This document shows, piece after piece, positions 39,201-49,054 of a stretch of DNA of 64,000 nucleotides. The notes under the pieces were generated by a model. The model did not search any database. It was not told where the DNA came from and saw only the letters and a program-made list of their open reading frames with translations. This DNA comes from Vicinamibacteria bacterium. Its GTDB lineage: Bacteria; Acidobacteriota; Vicinamibacteria; Fen-336. The stretch spans positions 11,062-75,061 of the forward strand of contig JBGPBV010000015.1 of the NCBI GenBank assembly GCA_041481445.1. The letters run 5' to 3'. Positions within the stretch are counted from its first letter, which is position 1; each line of letters opens with the position of its first letter. The position numbers and the translations under genes are program-made.

Positions 39201-39724
39201 ACGTAGGCGGTATCGTCCGCCTCCAGGAGTATGTTCGCCGGCTTCAGGTCCCGGTGGACGACCCTCGCGTCATGGGCGTCCTGGAGGGCCTCCGCGATCT
39301 GCCGGACGATGTGGACGGCCCGCTCGGGGGGCAGGGGCCCGCCCTTGTCCAGGGCATCGAGGAGCGATCGCCCCTCGACATAGCGCATGGTCAGGAAGCG
39401 GAGCCCGTTGCTCTCCCCGATGTCATGGATGCGCACCACGTTGCGGTGGGTGACCTGCCGCGCGAGGACGAGCTCGCGGCGGAAGCGATCGATCCATTCC
39501 GGGTCGGTCCCAAGGTCGGGCCTCAGGACCTTCAGCGCGACGTCGAGGTTCAGCTCTTCGTCGTGCGCCCGATAGACGACGCCCATGCCGCCCACCCCGA
39601 CCAGGGCCAGGATGCGGTAGCGGCTGCCGATGAGAGTGCCAGGAGCGAGACGTCGAAGGGCGTCGACACTCGTTTCAGTGTCGGGTGGGCGCGGACGGGG
39701 AGGCGCTGGGTTGTCGCTCGACAC
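36245..39724 (-). CDS. Ser/Thr protein kinase with TM segment and long TPR-repeat C-terminal region
   Basis: LVGVGGMGVVYRA, VALKVL, HRDLKPANILL, DFGVAR, then hydrophobic segment WLALVVALVAATAAW and about 700 aa of TPR-like repeats. Confidence 0.8.
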   Translation of the reverse strand: MSSDNPAPPRPRPPDTETSVDALRRLAPGTLIGSRYRILALVGVGGMGVVYRAHDEELNLDVALKVLRPDLGTDPEWIDRFRRELVLARQVTHRNVVRIHDIGESNGLRFLTMRYVEGRSLLDALDKGGPLPPERAVHIVRQIAEALQDAHDARVVHRDLKPANILLEADDTAYVTDFGVARSLDRDGLTRAGAVVGTPAYLSPEQVCGEPVDGRSDIYALGILFYEMLSGQLPFRGDSQAEVLAQRISGRVRDIGETGVQVPPYIWGVIRRCLERSPARRYQTARQLVADLDRKRAPSRLARMPRRWLALVVALVAATAAWSAFRLVSGLPLLPRLSRPAPAPAVARHAVAVLPLVDETHDPALAWTGTGMAEMITANLSESPDLRVLDAQRVLRTLRDLQLAAGPYDEGVLRRLAPLLDVDTLVTGSVRRAGDTVRVDLRLVSVEPGGALSTRHLSAESADAGGVFRMVGSLGEQLRRELGAGRSGMESPPPETTSLAAASAYREGRERMLLGDYSTAATALERAVEADRGFAAAFERLSQTYESLGDHEKALAAAENAARAVEPGETRLQYRVSARLAMLRGDPAEAAKRYAALAARYPNDAEVLLDLAAAQGAQGEIAKAVESLQKATALDRNDPRAWFLLGKNTILVGDAARAVNDYLVRALTLHNQLHSEQGQAETLNAMGVAYHQLGQYPEALEKYSAAAVMRRRLGDEHGLATGLKNRARVYVAMGRFGEAAPDLQQARQIYEKIGDKDGLAGIFDDFGVLYEGRGDYVRARESYQEALRIRRDLGDERQLAQSYDNVGYVLFLAGEYDNALVYWQQSLDRRRKVGEKSGIILSIQNMGFLQMAQGRWAEAFKSFMDALERSREIDFKNAMAVSFGNLGVLHHYEGRYGAALTSLEEALTLLKQLDDKRGLAEFTLKQAAVLLDVGRLDAARAKLDVAEAWVRETGNREQSSDYYVLRGEWHGRRGEREAARLDRGRAVEQAAASKGRAALLRARLAQAAALDPAAAAAALGVIVREADALGDALLRIRAAEAQARAELGRGRLREAEESTRRALEVAERCGWEAGLYRLHALLGRILEKKGEAAAAAAAYQESARRMAKLRDGLDKDLRRSFAGLPAVQEIEAWISAHPAALERAAPGATLKGPASADGF

Positions 39725-39728
39725 TTGA

Positions 39729-40694
39729 TCAAAGGACCGGCCGCTCGCGGGCGGGCGCGGCCCCCCGACCCCCCGGAGCCTTCACGGAATCCCCGATCCG
39801 CCGTTGCAGCTCCCCGAGCAGCGCAGGCTGGCCGGCAGCGTGCGCCATCGCCGAAGTCCGGAACAGCTGCTGCATCCTGCGATCCAGGCGGAGGCTGGCG
39901 ATCACGATGGCGGCATGCTCGGCCAGGGACTCGAGGATCTCGAGGTCGAGCTGTGCAAACCCGGTGGCGCGCTTCCGGCCGTCGACATAGATCATGCCCA
40001 CGATCTCGTCGTCCTGGCGCATCGGGACGCAGGCCAGCGTGCCCAGCGCCATCTCGACCACGCTCGGACGCTTGCCCAGGAAGGCATCGGTCTGGGCGTC
40101 GGACACCACGACCGAAGTCCCCGTGTTCAGCACCCGCTGGATGGCCCCCACGCTCCCCGCGAAGCGCTCGCCCGCGAGGTCATCCGACGAGAAGCCGGCC
40201 GACACCTCCACGCGAAGGGCCCCCTCGGGCCCGGTCAGCAGGACGAAGCCCCTTTCCGCCCCCGTGACCTCCATGGCCGACTCGAGGAAACGAAGCAGGA
40301 AATCGAAGGGCTCGAGGTCGGCGCCCAGCCGGCGACGCATCTCGACGGAGGTATTGAGCCGGGCCAGGCGGTCCGCTTCCAGAACCGAAACTGCCGCTTC
40401 CAGGATGACGTCGAATCGGCCCATGATCCCCCCGAAGCTGAGCCAGTCCCCGTCCGACAGGGGCGCACCGGACGCCTCGAGGCCGTTGACGAAAGTACCG
40501 TTCTTGCTCCGCAGATCCTCGAGAGACCAGCCGGTGCCGTTCCACCGAAGCCGAGCATGGCGCTTCGAGACGCGGCGGTCTTCCAGCACGAGTCCGCTTT
40601 CCGGCTCACGTCCCACGAGAAGTGTCTCCCCGTCCCGAAGGATCAAGAACCTGGAGGCCCGCTCGGGTGGATGAAGGGTGAGCCTTGCGGGCAT
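39729..40694 (-). CDS. FHA-domain plus GAF-domain protein
   Basis: N-terminal FHA (LVGREPESGLVLEDRRVSKRHARL...SKNGTFVNG) and C-terminal GAF-like region (GFVLL...MIYVD). 4-nt gap to the downstream kinase. Confidence 0.75.
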   Translation of the reverse strand: MPARLTLHPPERASRFLILRDGETLLVGREPESGLVLEDRRVSKRHARLRWNGTGWSLEDLRSKNGTFVNGLEASGAPLSDGDWLSFGGIMGRFDVILEAAVSVLEADRLARLNTSVEMRRRLGADLEPFDFLLRFLESAMEVTGAERGFVLLTGPEGALRVEVSAGFSSDDLAGERFAGSVGAIQRVLNTGTSVVVSDAQTDAFLGKRPSVVEMALGTLACVPMRQDDEIVGMIYVDGRKRATGFAQLDLEILESLAEHAAIVIASLRLDRRMQQLFRTSAMAHAAGQPALLGELQRRIGDSVKAPGGRGAAPARERPVL

Positions 40695-40709
40695 CCGAGG
40701 TCACTCACG

Positions 40710-41792
40710 TCACGGCGGCGGGACGGGTGAAGGCGTCGGGCTCGGCTCGGGCGTAGGCGACGGCGTAGGGTCAGGCGAAGGCGGCGGCGAAGGCGGCGGG
40801 GGCGGCGGCGTAGGGTCAGGCGAAGGCGGCGGCGAAGGCGGCGGGGGCGGCGGCGTAGGGTCAGGCGAAGGCGGCGGCGTAGGTGCGGGCGAAGGCTGGG
40901 ACCCAGGGAGGGACGCCTTCTCCAGGCTGAACCTCAGTGTGTCAGCCGCGGCGCGCCGGCGGCCGGCGACGTTGACCCGGCTATCATCGTTGGCTCGGTA
41001 GACATCGAAGATGGCGTCGCCGCTCCTGAGCTTGATGTAGTCCATCAAGCCCACCACCTCGGCGATGGCCGAGACGGTCGCGCCCGCCCCGTACTGGGTT
41101 CGGGCCTGGCCGATCCGACGCTGCACCTCGGCCACGGTTTCGACGCGAATGAGCGCCCGCTGGGCCCTCGCGCTGTCGCCGGTCATGACGGCCAGTTCCT
41201 CGCTCCGACTGACGAGGTCTTCGTTCAAGGTGGCCTCGAGGATGTTGAACTTCTCCGCGAGGATGGTGTCGAGGGGGCGGGAATCGGCGACGATCATGAA
41301 CTCGGAGAACCCGCCGCCGGAGCCCCCGGCGCGGTAACTGCCGATTCCGACGAAACGGGTGATGTCGTGGAGGGGACCGTCGCGGGGCCCCGAGTAGAGG
41401 GCCAGGGGCGAGTTGGCCACCAGCACGAGGTTGTGAGTGTGAATCGAGACCGTGACGACGCCGGCGAAGGTCAGCGCGCTCCACTCGGTGGGCTCGATGC
41501 GGATCATCACCGGGAAGGCCTCGGGCACGCTCACGCCCGGACCGGGGAGCCGCGACAGGATCGCGCTGTCCGCGGGGCTCACCAGGCGAGCGGAAACGTC
41601 GAGCGCGTCCTCGTTCAGGCCCACCACTTGCTCAAAGGCGATGGACAGGTCGCCGGCAATGCCGCCCGGCAAATCGAAGTGGCCTCTGGCTTCGTTGCCG
41701 GAGATCGTCAGGGGGACCGGGGTCTGGGCGAACGCGTAGGGAGCGACTACGAGTACCAGGGCCCCGACGTGAATCTTCAACAGCCACCGCAT
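40710..41792 (-). CDS. Secreted protein with C-terminal proline-rich tandem repeats
   Basis: Signal peptide MRWLLKIHVGALVLVVAPYAFAQ. C-terminal (PSPDPTPPPPPPSPP)x2 plus variant, encoded by a 45-bp DNA tandem repeat. Confidence 0.5.
   Translation of the reverse strand: MRWLLKIHVGALVLVVAPYAFAQTPVPLTISGNEARGHFDLPGGIAGDLSIAFEQVVGLNEDALDVSARLVSPADSAILSRLPGPGVSVPEAFPVMIRIEPTEWSALTFAGVVTVSIHTHNLVLVANSPLALYSGPRDGPLHDITRFVGIGSYRAGGSGGGFSEFMIVADSRPLDTILAEKFNILEATLNEDLVSRSEELAVMTGDSARAQRALIRVETVAEVQRRIGQARTQYGAGATVSAIAEVVGLMDYIKLRSGDAIFDVYRANDDSRVNVAGRRRAAADTLRFSLEKASLPGSQPSPAPTPPPSPDPTPPPPPPSPPPSPDPTPPPPPPSPPPSPDPTPSPTPEPSPTPSPVPPP
40765..40885. repeat. 45-bp tandem repeat, 2.7 copies (unit gtagggtcaggcgaaggcggcggcgaaggcggcgggggcggcggc)
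   Basis: Seen directly. Two perfect copies followed by a diverged partial copy inside the 3' end of the minus-strand secreted-protein gene. Confidence 0.7.
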
Positions 41793-41957
41793 GCGACACC
41801 CCGCTTCGTTGGCGACCCTAGAGACACTTCCGCGCCGGGGCATCTTGGTCCCTCCCGGAAATGAAGTCAAGCGACCGCCCTACGTGACTTCCGGGAACCG
41901 GTCGGGTCTACTTCGCGGGCCCCACCGCGGCGGCTCTTCCTGACCTTCGGCGCCCTC

Positions 41958-41988
41958 TTCAAGGGTCCTCTCGCGGCCGCGTATAATC
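41958..41988 (+). promoter_or_regulatory. Candidate sigma70-type promoter (TTCAAG-N18-TATAAT) for the sensor kinase gene
   Basis: A perfect TATAAT hexamer is conspicuous in 70% GC DNA. A -35-like TTCAAG lies 18 nt upstream. About 50 nt upstream of the GTG at 42037. Confidence 0.3.
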
Positions 41989-42036
41989 CGCGCAACCGAT
42001 GACGGCCGACCCGCGACGTACGAACACAACCTCGCC

Positions 42037-45000
42037 GTGATCCGGGGCCGGGGAAAGGCCCCGCCCGCGCGCGCCCGCCGGCGCGCCGCGCTCGTCCTCG
42101 TCCTGGCCGCGACGGCGGCGGCGCCGTGCGCGCGCGCGGCCGGCCTGGACCCGAGGAAGGCTCTCACCCAGTACAACCTCGACGCCTGGACCACCGAGAG
42201 CGGCCTGCCCCAGAACACGATCACCGCCGTCGTGCAGACCCAGGACGGCTACCTCTGGCTCGGGACCTTCGGCGGGCTCGCCCGGTTCGACGGTGCGCGG
42301 TTCGTGGTGCTGGACAAGAGCACGACGCCGCCCCTCCCCAACAGCGGCGTGCATGCGCTCCTGGCCGACCGCAACGGCGGGCTGTGGGTCGGCACCAACG
42401 GCGGCGGCCTCATGTTCCTCAAGGACGGCGTGGCCCGGACCTTCCGCGTGGCCGACGGCCTGGGGGCGGACATCGTCCGATCGCTGTTCCAGGACAGCAA
42501 GGGGCGGGTCTGGGCCGGGACCAACGCCGGGCTCTCGCTCCTCGAGGGCGGCCGCTTCCGCTCCTGGAACGCCGCCAGCGGGTTCACGAGCCGGGTGGTG
42601 CGGGCCATCCGCGAGGACGCGCAGGGCGCCCTGTGGATCGGCACCAACGGCGACGGCCTCTTCCGGATGCAGGACGGCCGCTTCACCCGGCTCACGCGGA
42701 AGGACGGCCTGCCCAGCGACCTCGTCTTCTCCCTGGCCTTCGACCACCAGGGCGCCCTGTGGGTGGGCACCAACGGCGGCGGCCTCGCCCGCTACGCCGA
42801 CGGACGCTTCCGGGTCTACGGCTCCGCCGACGGGTTGGACGGCGACATCATCTGGGCGCTCCACGAGGACGCGGACGGCAGCCTCTGGGTGGGCACCTAC
42901 GGCGCGGGCTTGTTCCGGCGCGAAGGCGAGCGCTTCCGTGGGCTCGGCACGCGCTCCGGCCTCAGCAGCGACTTCGTGCGTGCCCTCGGCCAGGACCACG
43001 AGGGCAGCCTCTGGATCGGCACGAACACCGGCGGCCTCGCCCGCCTGCGTGACGGAAAGTTCAACACCTACACCGCGCGGGAGGGCCTGCCGAGCGACGT
43101 GGCCAAGACCGTCCTCGCCTCGCCGGACGGCGCGGTGTGGATCGGCACTTCCGGCGGCGGCCTGGCCCGGATGAAGGACGGCGCGTTCGAGACCTGGTCG
43201 CGCCGCCAGGGATTGCCGCACGACTTCGTGCAGGCCTTGCTCCTGGACGCGGAGGGCTCCCTGTGGGTGGGGACGAACGGCGGCGGGGTGGCGCGGTTCG
43301 CCCACGGGGTCTTCCGCACGTACACGGTGAAGGACGGGCTCGTGGACGACCACGTGGCCGCGCTGGCCCAGGACAGGGACGGCGCGATCTGGATCGGCAC
43401 CAACGCCGGCGGCCTCTCCCGCCTCGACCACGGACGCTTCTCCTCCTTCACGCACGAGGACGGCCTGGGCGCCAACCTCGTGATGGCCCTGGTGGTCGAC
43501 CGTCGTGGCGCGGTCTGGGTGGGGACGGACGGGGGCGGCCTGACGCGCATCGAGGGCGGCAAGGCGCGCACGTTCACCGTGGCCGACGGCCTCGCCGCCG
43601 ACACCGTCCTCTGCCTCTACGAGGACGGCGAGGGCGACCTGTGGGTGGGCACCTCCGGGGGCGGCCTGTCCCGTTTCCACGACGGGCTCTTCGTCAACTT
43701 CACCACCCGAGACGGCCTGCACGACGACGTCGTGTTCGCGGTGCTGGAGGACTCGAAGGGCGGCTTGTGGCTGTCCGGCAACCGCGGCCTCTCCCGCGTG
43801 GACAAGCGCGCGCTGCTCGCTCGTACCCGCACCGGGCGGATCGAGCCCGAGGTGTTCGGCGTCGCGGACGGGATGAAGAGCAACGAGTGCTCGGGGGTGT
43901 CGCAGCCGGCGGCGACGCGGCTGCCGGACGGGAGGCTCGTCTTCCCGACGACCCGCGGCATCGTCGTGGTCGACCCGGAGCGGCTTCCCCGCAACCAGAC
44001 CCCGCCGCCGGTGAGAGTGGAGGAGCTGCTGGCGGGCGGGACGGTCTACGAGGGCGAGCGCCGGGAGCTGCCGCCGGGAGCCGCCAACTGGGAGATCCGC
44101 TTCACCGCCTTGAGCTTCCTGGCCCCGTCCCAGGTCCGCTTCCGCTACCGGCTGGCCGGCTTCGACGACGATTGGGTGGACGCCGGCCCGCGCCGCTCTG
44201 CGTTCTACACGCAGGTGCCGCCGGGGGAGTACACCTTCGAGGTCCTCGCCGCCAACAACGACGGCGTGTGGACCGCGGCCCCCGCGCGGATCGGCGTCCG
44301 GCTGCGACCGCGCTTCTACCAGACGCGCGCGTTCTCCGCGATCGTGATCGCGTCGCTGCTCGTGGCCGGCGCGCTGGGCTACGCCATGCACGTGCGCGGC
44401 CTCCACGCCCGGCGGCGCGAGCTGGAGAGGCTGGTCCAGGAGCGCACGCATGCGCTGGCCGAGCAGCAGCGCCACGCGGAGGAGGCGCGCGCGGAGGCGG
44501 AGCGCCAGCGGGAGATCGCCCAGCACGCGACCGCGGTCAAGACGGAGATGCTGCAGATCGCGGCCCACGACCTGAAGAACCCGCTCCAGGTCGTGCTCGG
44601 CCACGCCGAGATGGCGGAGATCTCGCACCGTGAAGGCCGGCCCATCCGCGAGTTCATCGAGAGCATCCACCAGGCGGCGGGGCGCATGCTGGGCATCCTC
44701 GGGCGGCTGCTCGACGCCTCCGCCATGGACGCGGGCAAGCTCGTCCTGCGCCCGCAGCGGCTGGACCTCGGCGACGTGGCGCGGCAGGTGGTGGACAGTA
44801 ACCGGCCGGCGGCCGGGCGCAAGGGCCAGGCCCTGGAGCTCACCGTCGAGGGTCGGCTCCCCGTCACCGGCGATGCCGACCGGCTGTTCGAGGTCGTGGA
44901 CAACCTCGTGGGCAACGCGATCAAGTACTCGCCCCTCTCCTCGCGGATCGAGGTGGCGGCGCGGCCCCGCGACGGGCGCGCGGTGGTGGAGGTGTTGGAC

Positions 45001-45219
45001 CAGGGCCCCGGCCTGAGCGAGGAGGACAAGCGCCGGATGTTCGGACGCTTCCAGAGGCTCTCCGCCATCCCGACCGGGGGCGAGCCCGCCACCGGCCTCG
45101 GTCTCTCCATCGCCAGGCAGCTGGCGGAGCTGATGGGCGGAGAGGTCTACGCGGAGAGCGCGGGACCGGGCCGGGGCTCGTCGTTCACGCTGGCCATGCC
45201 GCCCGCGCCCCCGGCCTGA
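42037..45219 (+). CDS. Sensor histidine kinase with periplasmic two-component-regulator beta-propeller repeats and Y_Y_Y domain
   Basis: Signal peptide. About 12 repeats of the GLxxVxxDxxGxLWVGTxGGGLxR type, TM segment (AIVIASLLVAGALGYA), HisKA (AAHDLKNPLQ), HATPase (GLGLSIARQLAELMGGEV). No receiver domain. Confidence 0.8.
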   Translation: MIRGRGKAPPARARRRAALVLVLAATAAAPCARAAGLDPRKALTQYNLDAWTTESGLPQNTITAVVQTQDGYLWLGTFGGLARFDGARFVVLDKSTTPPLPNSGVHALLADRNGGLWVGTNGGGLMFLKDGVARTFRVADGLGADIVRSLFQDSKGRVWAGTNAGLSLLEGGRFRSWNAASGFTSRVVRAIREDAQGALWIGTNGDGLFRMQDGRFTRLTRKDGLPSDLVFSLAFDHQGALWVGTNGGGLARYADGRFRVYGSADGLDGDIIWALHEDADGSLWVGTYGAGLFRREGERFRGLGTRSGLSSDFVRALGQDHEGSLWIGTNTGGLARLRDGKFNTYTAREGLPSDVAKTVLASPDGAVWIGTSGGGLARMKDGAFETWSRRQGLPHDFVQALLLDAEGSLWVGTNGGGVARFAHGVFRTYTVKDGLVDDHVAALAQDRDGAIWIGTNAGGLSRLDHGRFSSFTHEDGLGANLVMALVVDRRGAVWVGTDGGGLTRIEGGKARTFTVADGLAADTVLCLYEDGEGDLWVGTSGGGLSRFHDGLFVNFTTRDGLHDDVVFAVLEDSKGGLWLSGNRGLSRVDKRALLARTRTGRIEPEVFGVADGMKSNECSGVSQPAATRLPDGRLVFPTTRGIVVVDPERLPRNQTPPPVRVEELLAGGTVYEGERRELPPGAANWEIRFTALSFLAPSQVRFRYRLAGFDDDWVDAGPRRSAFYTQVPPGEYTFEVLAANNDGVWTAAPARIGVRLRPRFYQTRAFSAIVIASLLVAGALGYAMHVRGLHARRRELERLVQERTHALAEQQRHAEEARAEAERQREIAQHATAVKTEMLQIAAHDLKNPLQVVLGHAEMAEISHREGRPIREFIESIHQAAGRMLGILGRLLDASAMDAGKLVLRPQRLDLGDVARQVVDSNRPAAGRKGQALELTVEGRLPVTGDADRLFEVVDNLVGNAIKYSPLSSRIEVAARPRDGRAVVEVLDQGPGLSEEDKRRMFGRFQRLSAIPTGGEPATGLGLSIARQLAELMGGEVYAESAGPGRGSSFTLAMPPAPPA

Positions 45220-45255
45220 CGACCGGAGGGACGCGCGTGCCCGAGGACGTGGCGG

Positions 45256-45675
45256 TCAGGATAGCTCCTTGAACGGATTGAACACTCGTAGTCCCGGTCT
45301 TCGAAAATGCCGGTCGTTGCCCGTGACGATGGTGAGCCCATGCCGGCGTGCCGTGGCCGCGATGTAGCTGTCCTCCAGCGGCATCCGCTGCCCTGCTTCA
45401 TCCAGTTGGCGTTGCTGCTCGGCCCAGACGTGGGCGACCGACACGTTGAAACCGTGAATCCGTCCGTGAAGCGCATCGACCAGACGGGTGAGCCACTCCC
45501 GGAGAGCCTCACGCTGCCGACCCTTTTTCGTGCGAACCCAGTAAGCGAGCTGGGCAATGACGATAGCGCTCGTGTAACAGCGTTGCTGTTCCGCACGAAG
45601 CCAGCCGATCACCTTCGGGTCGCCGTGGCTCTTCGCCGGCTGGCTCAATACGTCGGCATCGAGCAGCCAGCTCAC
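45256..45675 (-). CDS. vapC: PIN-domain toxin VapC
   Basis: LLDADVLS N-terminal acidic residue, LEDSYIAATARRHGLTIVTGNDRHF PIN C-terminus. GTG start overlapping the antitoxin TGA (GTGA). Confidence 0.7.
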   Translation of the reverse strand: MSWLLDADVLSQPAKSHGDPKVIGWLRAEQQRCYTSAIVIAQLAYWVRTKKGRQREALREWLTRLVDALHGRIHGFNVSVAHVWAEQQRQLDEAGQRMPLEDSYIAATARRHGLTIVTGNDRHFRRPGLRVFNPFKELS

Positions 45676-45896
45676 AGCTTGGAGCGGAAACTCTCGCGCC
45701 GCCGCGGGGGAAGGTCGTCCATCGGCACCGGACATTCCTCGAGGACGGCCAACCAGTTCGCGCTCCGCGAAATGCGACGAAACACGATGGCATCCTCCTC
45801 GGCGTCGAAATCGGCCTCGAACACGTCACCCGGCCTGGCCGGAGCAAGGCCGGTGGGCACGGTGAGGCGGCGCTTCGCGTCCAGCGTGATCACCAT
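45672..45896 (-). CDS. vapB: AbrB/SpoVT-type antitoxin VapB
   Basis: 74 aa. MVITLDAKRRLTVPTGLA swapped-hairpin motif. Immediately upstream of VapC and overlapping it. Confidence 0.6.
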   Translation of the reverse strand: MVITLDAKRRLTVPTGLAPARPGDVFEADFDAEEDAIVFRRISRSANWLAVLEECPVPMDDLPPRRRESFRSKL

Positions 45897-45962
45897 GGTG
45901 GGATAATCCCACTTCGGTCCCTCGGGATCAAACCGGGCCAGCTCAGAACGCCCGCAACGGCG

Positions 45963-46988
45963 TCACTCCCAGTTGAGGAGGACGCGCCCGGAGCTCCCGC
46001 TGTCCATCACCTCGAACGCGTGCTCGAAGTCCGTGCAGGAGAAGCGATGCGTGATCACGGGCTTGATGTCGAGCCCGCTGTGGAGCATGACCGTCATCTT
46101 GTACCAGGTCTCGTACATCTCGCGGCCGTAGATGCCCTTGATCGTCAGCATGCTGAAGATGACGGTGTTCCAGTCGATGGCGACCTCGCGGGAGGGGATT
46201 CCCAGGAGGGCGATCTTCGCCCCGTGCGCCATGTTCGCGAGCATGTCGCGGAAGGCCTGGCCGTTGCCCGACATCTCCATGCCGACGTCGAAGCCCTCCG
46301 TCATCCCGAGCTGGCCCTGGACGTCGGGCAGGCTCGTCTCCCGCGGATCGACGGCGAGGGTGACTCCCATCTTCCGCGCCAGCTCGAGCCGGTAGGGGTT
46401 GAGGTCGGTGATCACGACGTGGCGCGCCGCGGCGTGACGCGCGACCGCCGCCGCCATGATGCCGATGGGGCCGGCGCCGGTGACGAGGACGTCCTCGCCG
46501 AGGACGGGGAAGGAGAGCGCCGTGTGCACGGCGTTGCCGAAGGGATCGAAGATGGCAGCCACGTCTTCGTCGATCCCGCTGGCGTGCACCCAGACGTTGC
46601 TCATGGGCAGGACGAGGTACTCGGCGAAGGCGCCCGCGCGGTTGACGCCGACACCCTGGGTATCCGCGCAGAGGTGCCGCCGGCCGGCCAGGCAGTTGCG
46701 GCACCGCCCGCACACGACGTGGCCCTCGCCGCTGACGATCTGTCCGGGGTGGAAGTCGGCCACGTTGGACCCGACCTCGACGACCTCGCCCACGAACTCG
46801 TGGCCGATGACCAGGGGCACGGGGATGGTCTTGGCCGCCCACTCGTCCCACTTGTAGATGTGCAGGTCGGTGCCGCAGATCCCCGTCCGATGGATGCGGA
46901 TGAGCACGTCGTTGATGCCGACCCGCGGCTCGGGGACGTCGGTGAGCCACAGCCCGCGTTCGGCCCGGCTCTTCACCAGCGCTTTCAT
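45963..46988 (-). CDS. tdh: L-threonine 3-dehydrogenase
   Basis: Near-collinear match to characterised Tdh (MKALVKS...[10 protein letters not shown]...CGTDLHIY...GHEFVGEVV...[13 protein letters not shown]...ITHRF). Confidence 0.9.
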   Translation of the reverse strand: MKALVKSRAERGLWLTDVPEPRVGINDVLIRIHRTGICGTDLHIYKWDEWAAKTIPVPLVIGHEFVGEVVEVGSNVADFHPGQIVSGEGHVVCGRCRNCLAGRRHLCADTQGVGVNRAGAFAEYLVLPMSNVWVHASGIDEDVAAIFDPFGNAVHTALSFPVLGEDVLVTGAGPIGIMAAAVARHAAARHVVITDLNPYRLELARKMGVTLAVDPRETSLPDVQGQLGMTEGFDVGMEMSGNGQAFRDMLANMAHGAKIALLGIPSREVAIDWNTVIFSMLTIKGIYGREMYETWYKMTVMLHSGLDIKPVITHRFSCTDFEHAFEVMDSGSSGRVLLNWE

Positions 46989-46992
46989 GGGG

Positions 46993-48402
<1,410 letters not shown>

Positions 48403-48438
48403 GGGTCGATTGTATGCGGCGTTTGCGGTTGACCGCGG

Positions 48439-49047
48439 CTAGAAGCGCAGCCCCACGGAGGCGGTGGCCTTGAAGTTGTGGCTCCAGAGACCATCGTCGA
48501 TGACGTCCCGGTCAGCGGTGAACGCCGGCCCGGAATAACGCAGGAGCTGGTCTCCGGCTTCCACTCGGACCACCAGGCGGTCGCGGGGATAGGCCTCGAA
48601 GCCGCCGGTCAACTGCACCGTGGGGACGGTGTCGCCACCGATCGCACACACGAGGGGCGGCGGGAAGATGGCGATGCAGGGGAAGGGCTCCGGGGCTTCC
48701 GAGAAGGCGACGGCGCCGGCGCGCAGGGCCAGGAAGACGCCCGTGCGTCCGAGGTGCGGTCCGCCGCGGAGGCCGGCCAGCCCTTCCAGGCGCGAGCCGC
48801 TGAAGGCGGGGGAGCCGATGCCTGCGGGGAAGAGGTTGATCTCCCCGTCCGCGGCGAGCCAGCGGCTCAAACGATAGGAGACCCGCGCGCCGAAGCCCGC
48901 CTCCGTCTCGTCGAACTCGTGCAGCGAGCGAACGGACACCTGAAGGCTCACGTCGCCCCGACGGTCCTGCGCCTGCGCCGGCGCGGGGTCCGCCACGAGA
49001 AGACAGGCGAAGAGCATCGCTGACCCGAATGGGACCCGTGCCGTCAT
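48439..49047 (-). CDS. Outer-membrane beta-barrel protein (OmpW/porin-like)
   Basis: Signal peptide ending AQAQD, alternating amphipathic strands, C-terminal aromatic residue (…SVGLRF). Confidence 0.5.
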   Translation of the reverse strand: MTARVPFGSAMLFACLLVADPAPAQAQDRRGDVSLQVSVRSLHEFDETEAGFGARVSYRLSRWLAADGEINLFPAGIGSPAFSGSRLEGLAGLRGGPHLGRTGVFLALRAGAVAFSEAPEPFPCIAIFPPPLVCAIGGDTVPTVQLTGGFEAYPRDRLVVRVEAGDQLLRYSGPAFTADRDVIDDGLWSHNFKATASVGLRF

Positions 49048-49054
49048 GATTTCA

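Noticed and set aside
36693-40267. 744-aa minus-strand alternate-frame ORF and 897-aa plus-strand ORF
   Set aside because: They are shadow frames over the TPR Ser/Thr kinase and FHA-GAF genes.
41959-44670. 903-aa minus-strand ORF
   Set aside because: It is antisense to the propeller sensor kinase, whose repeat and HisKA/HATPase motifs are clear on the plus strand.
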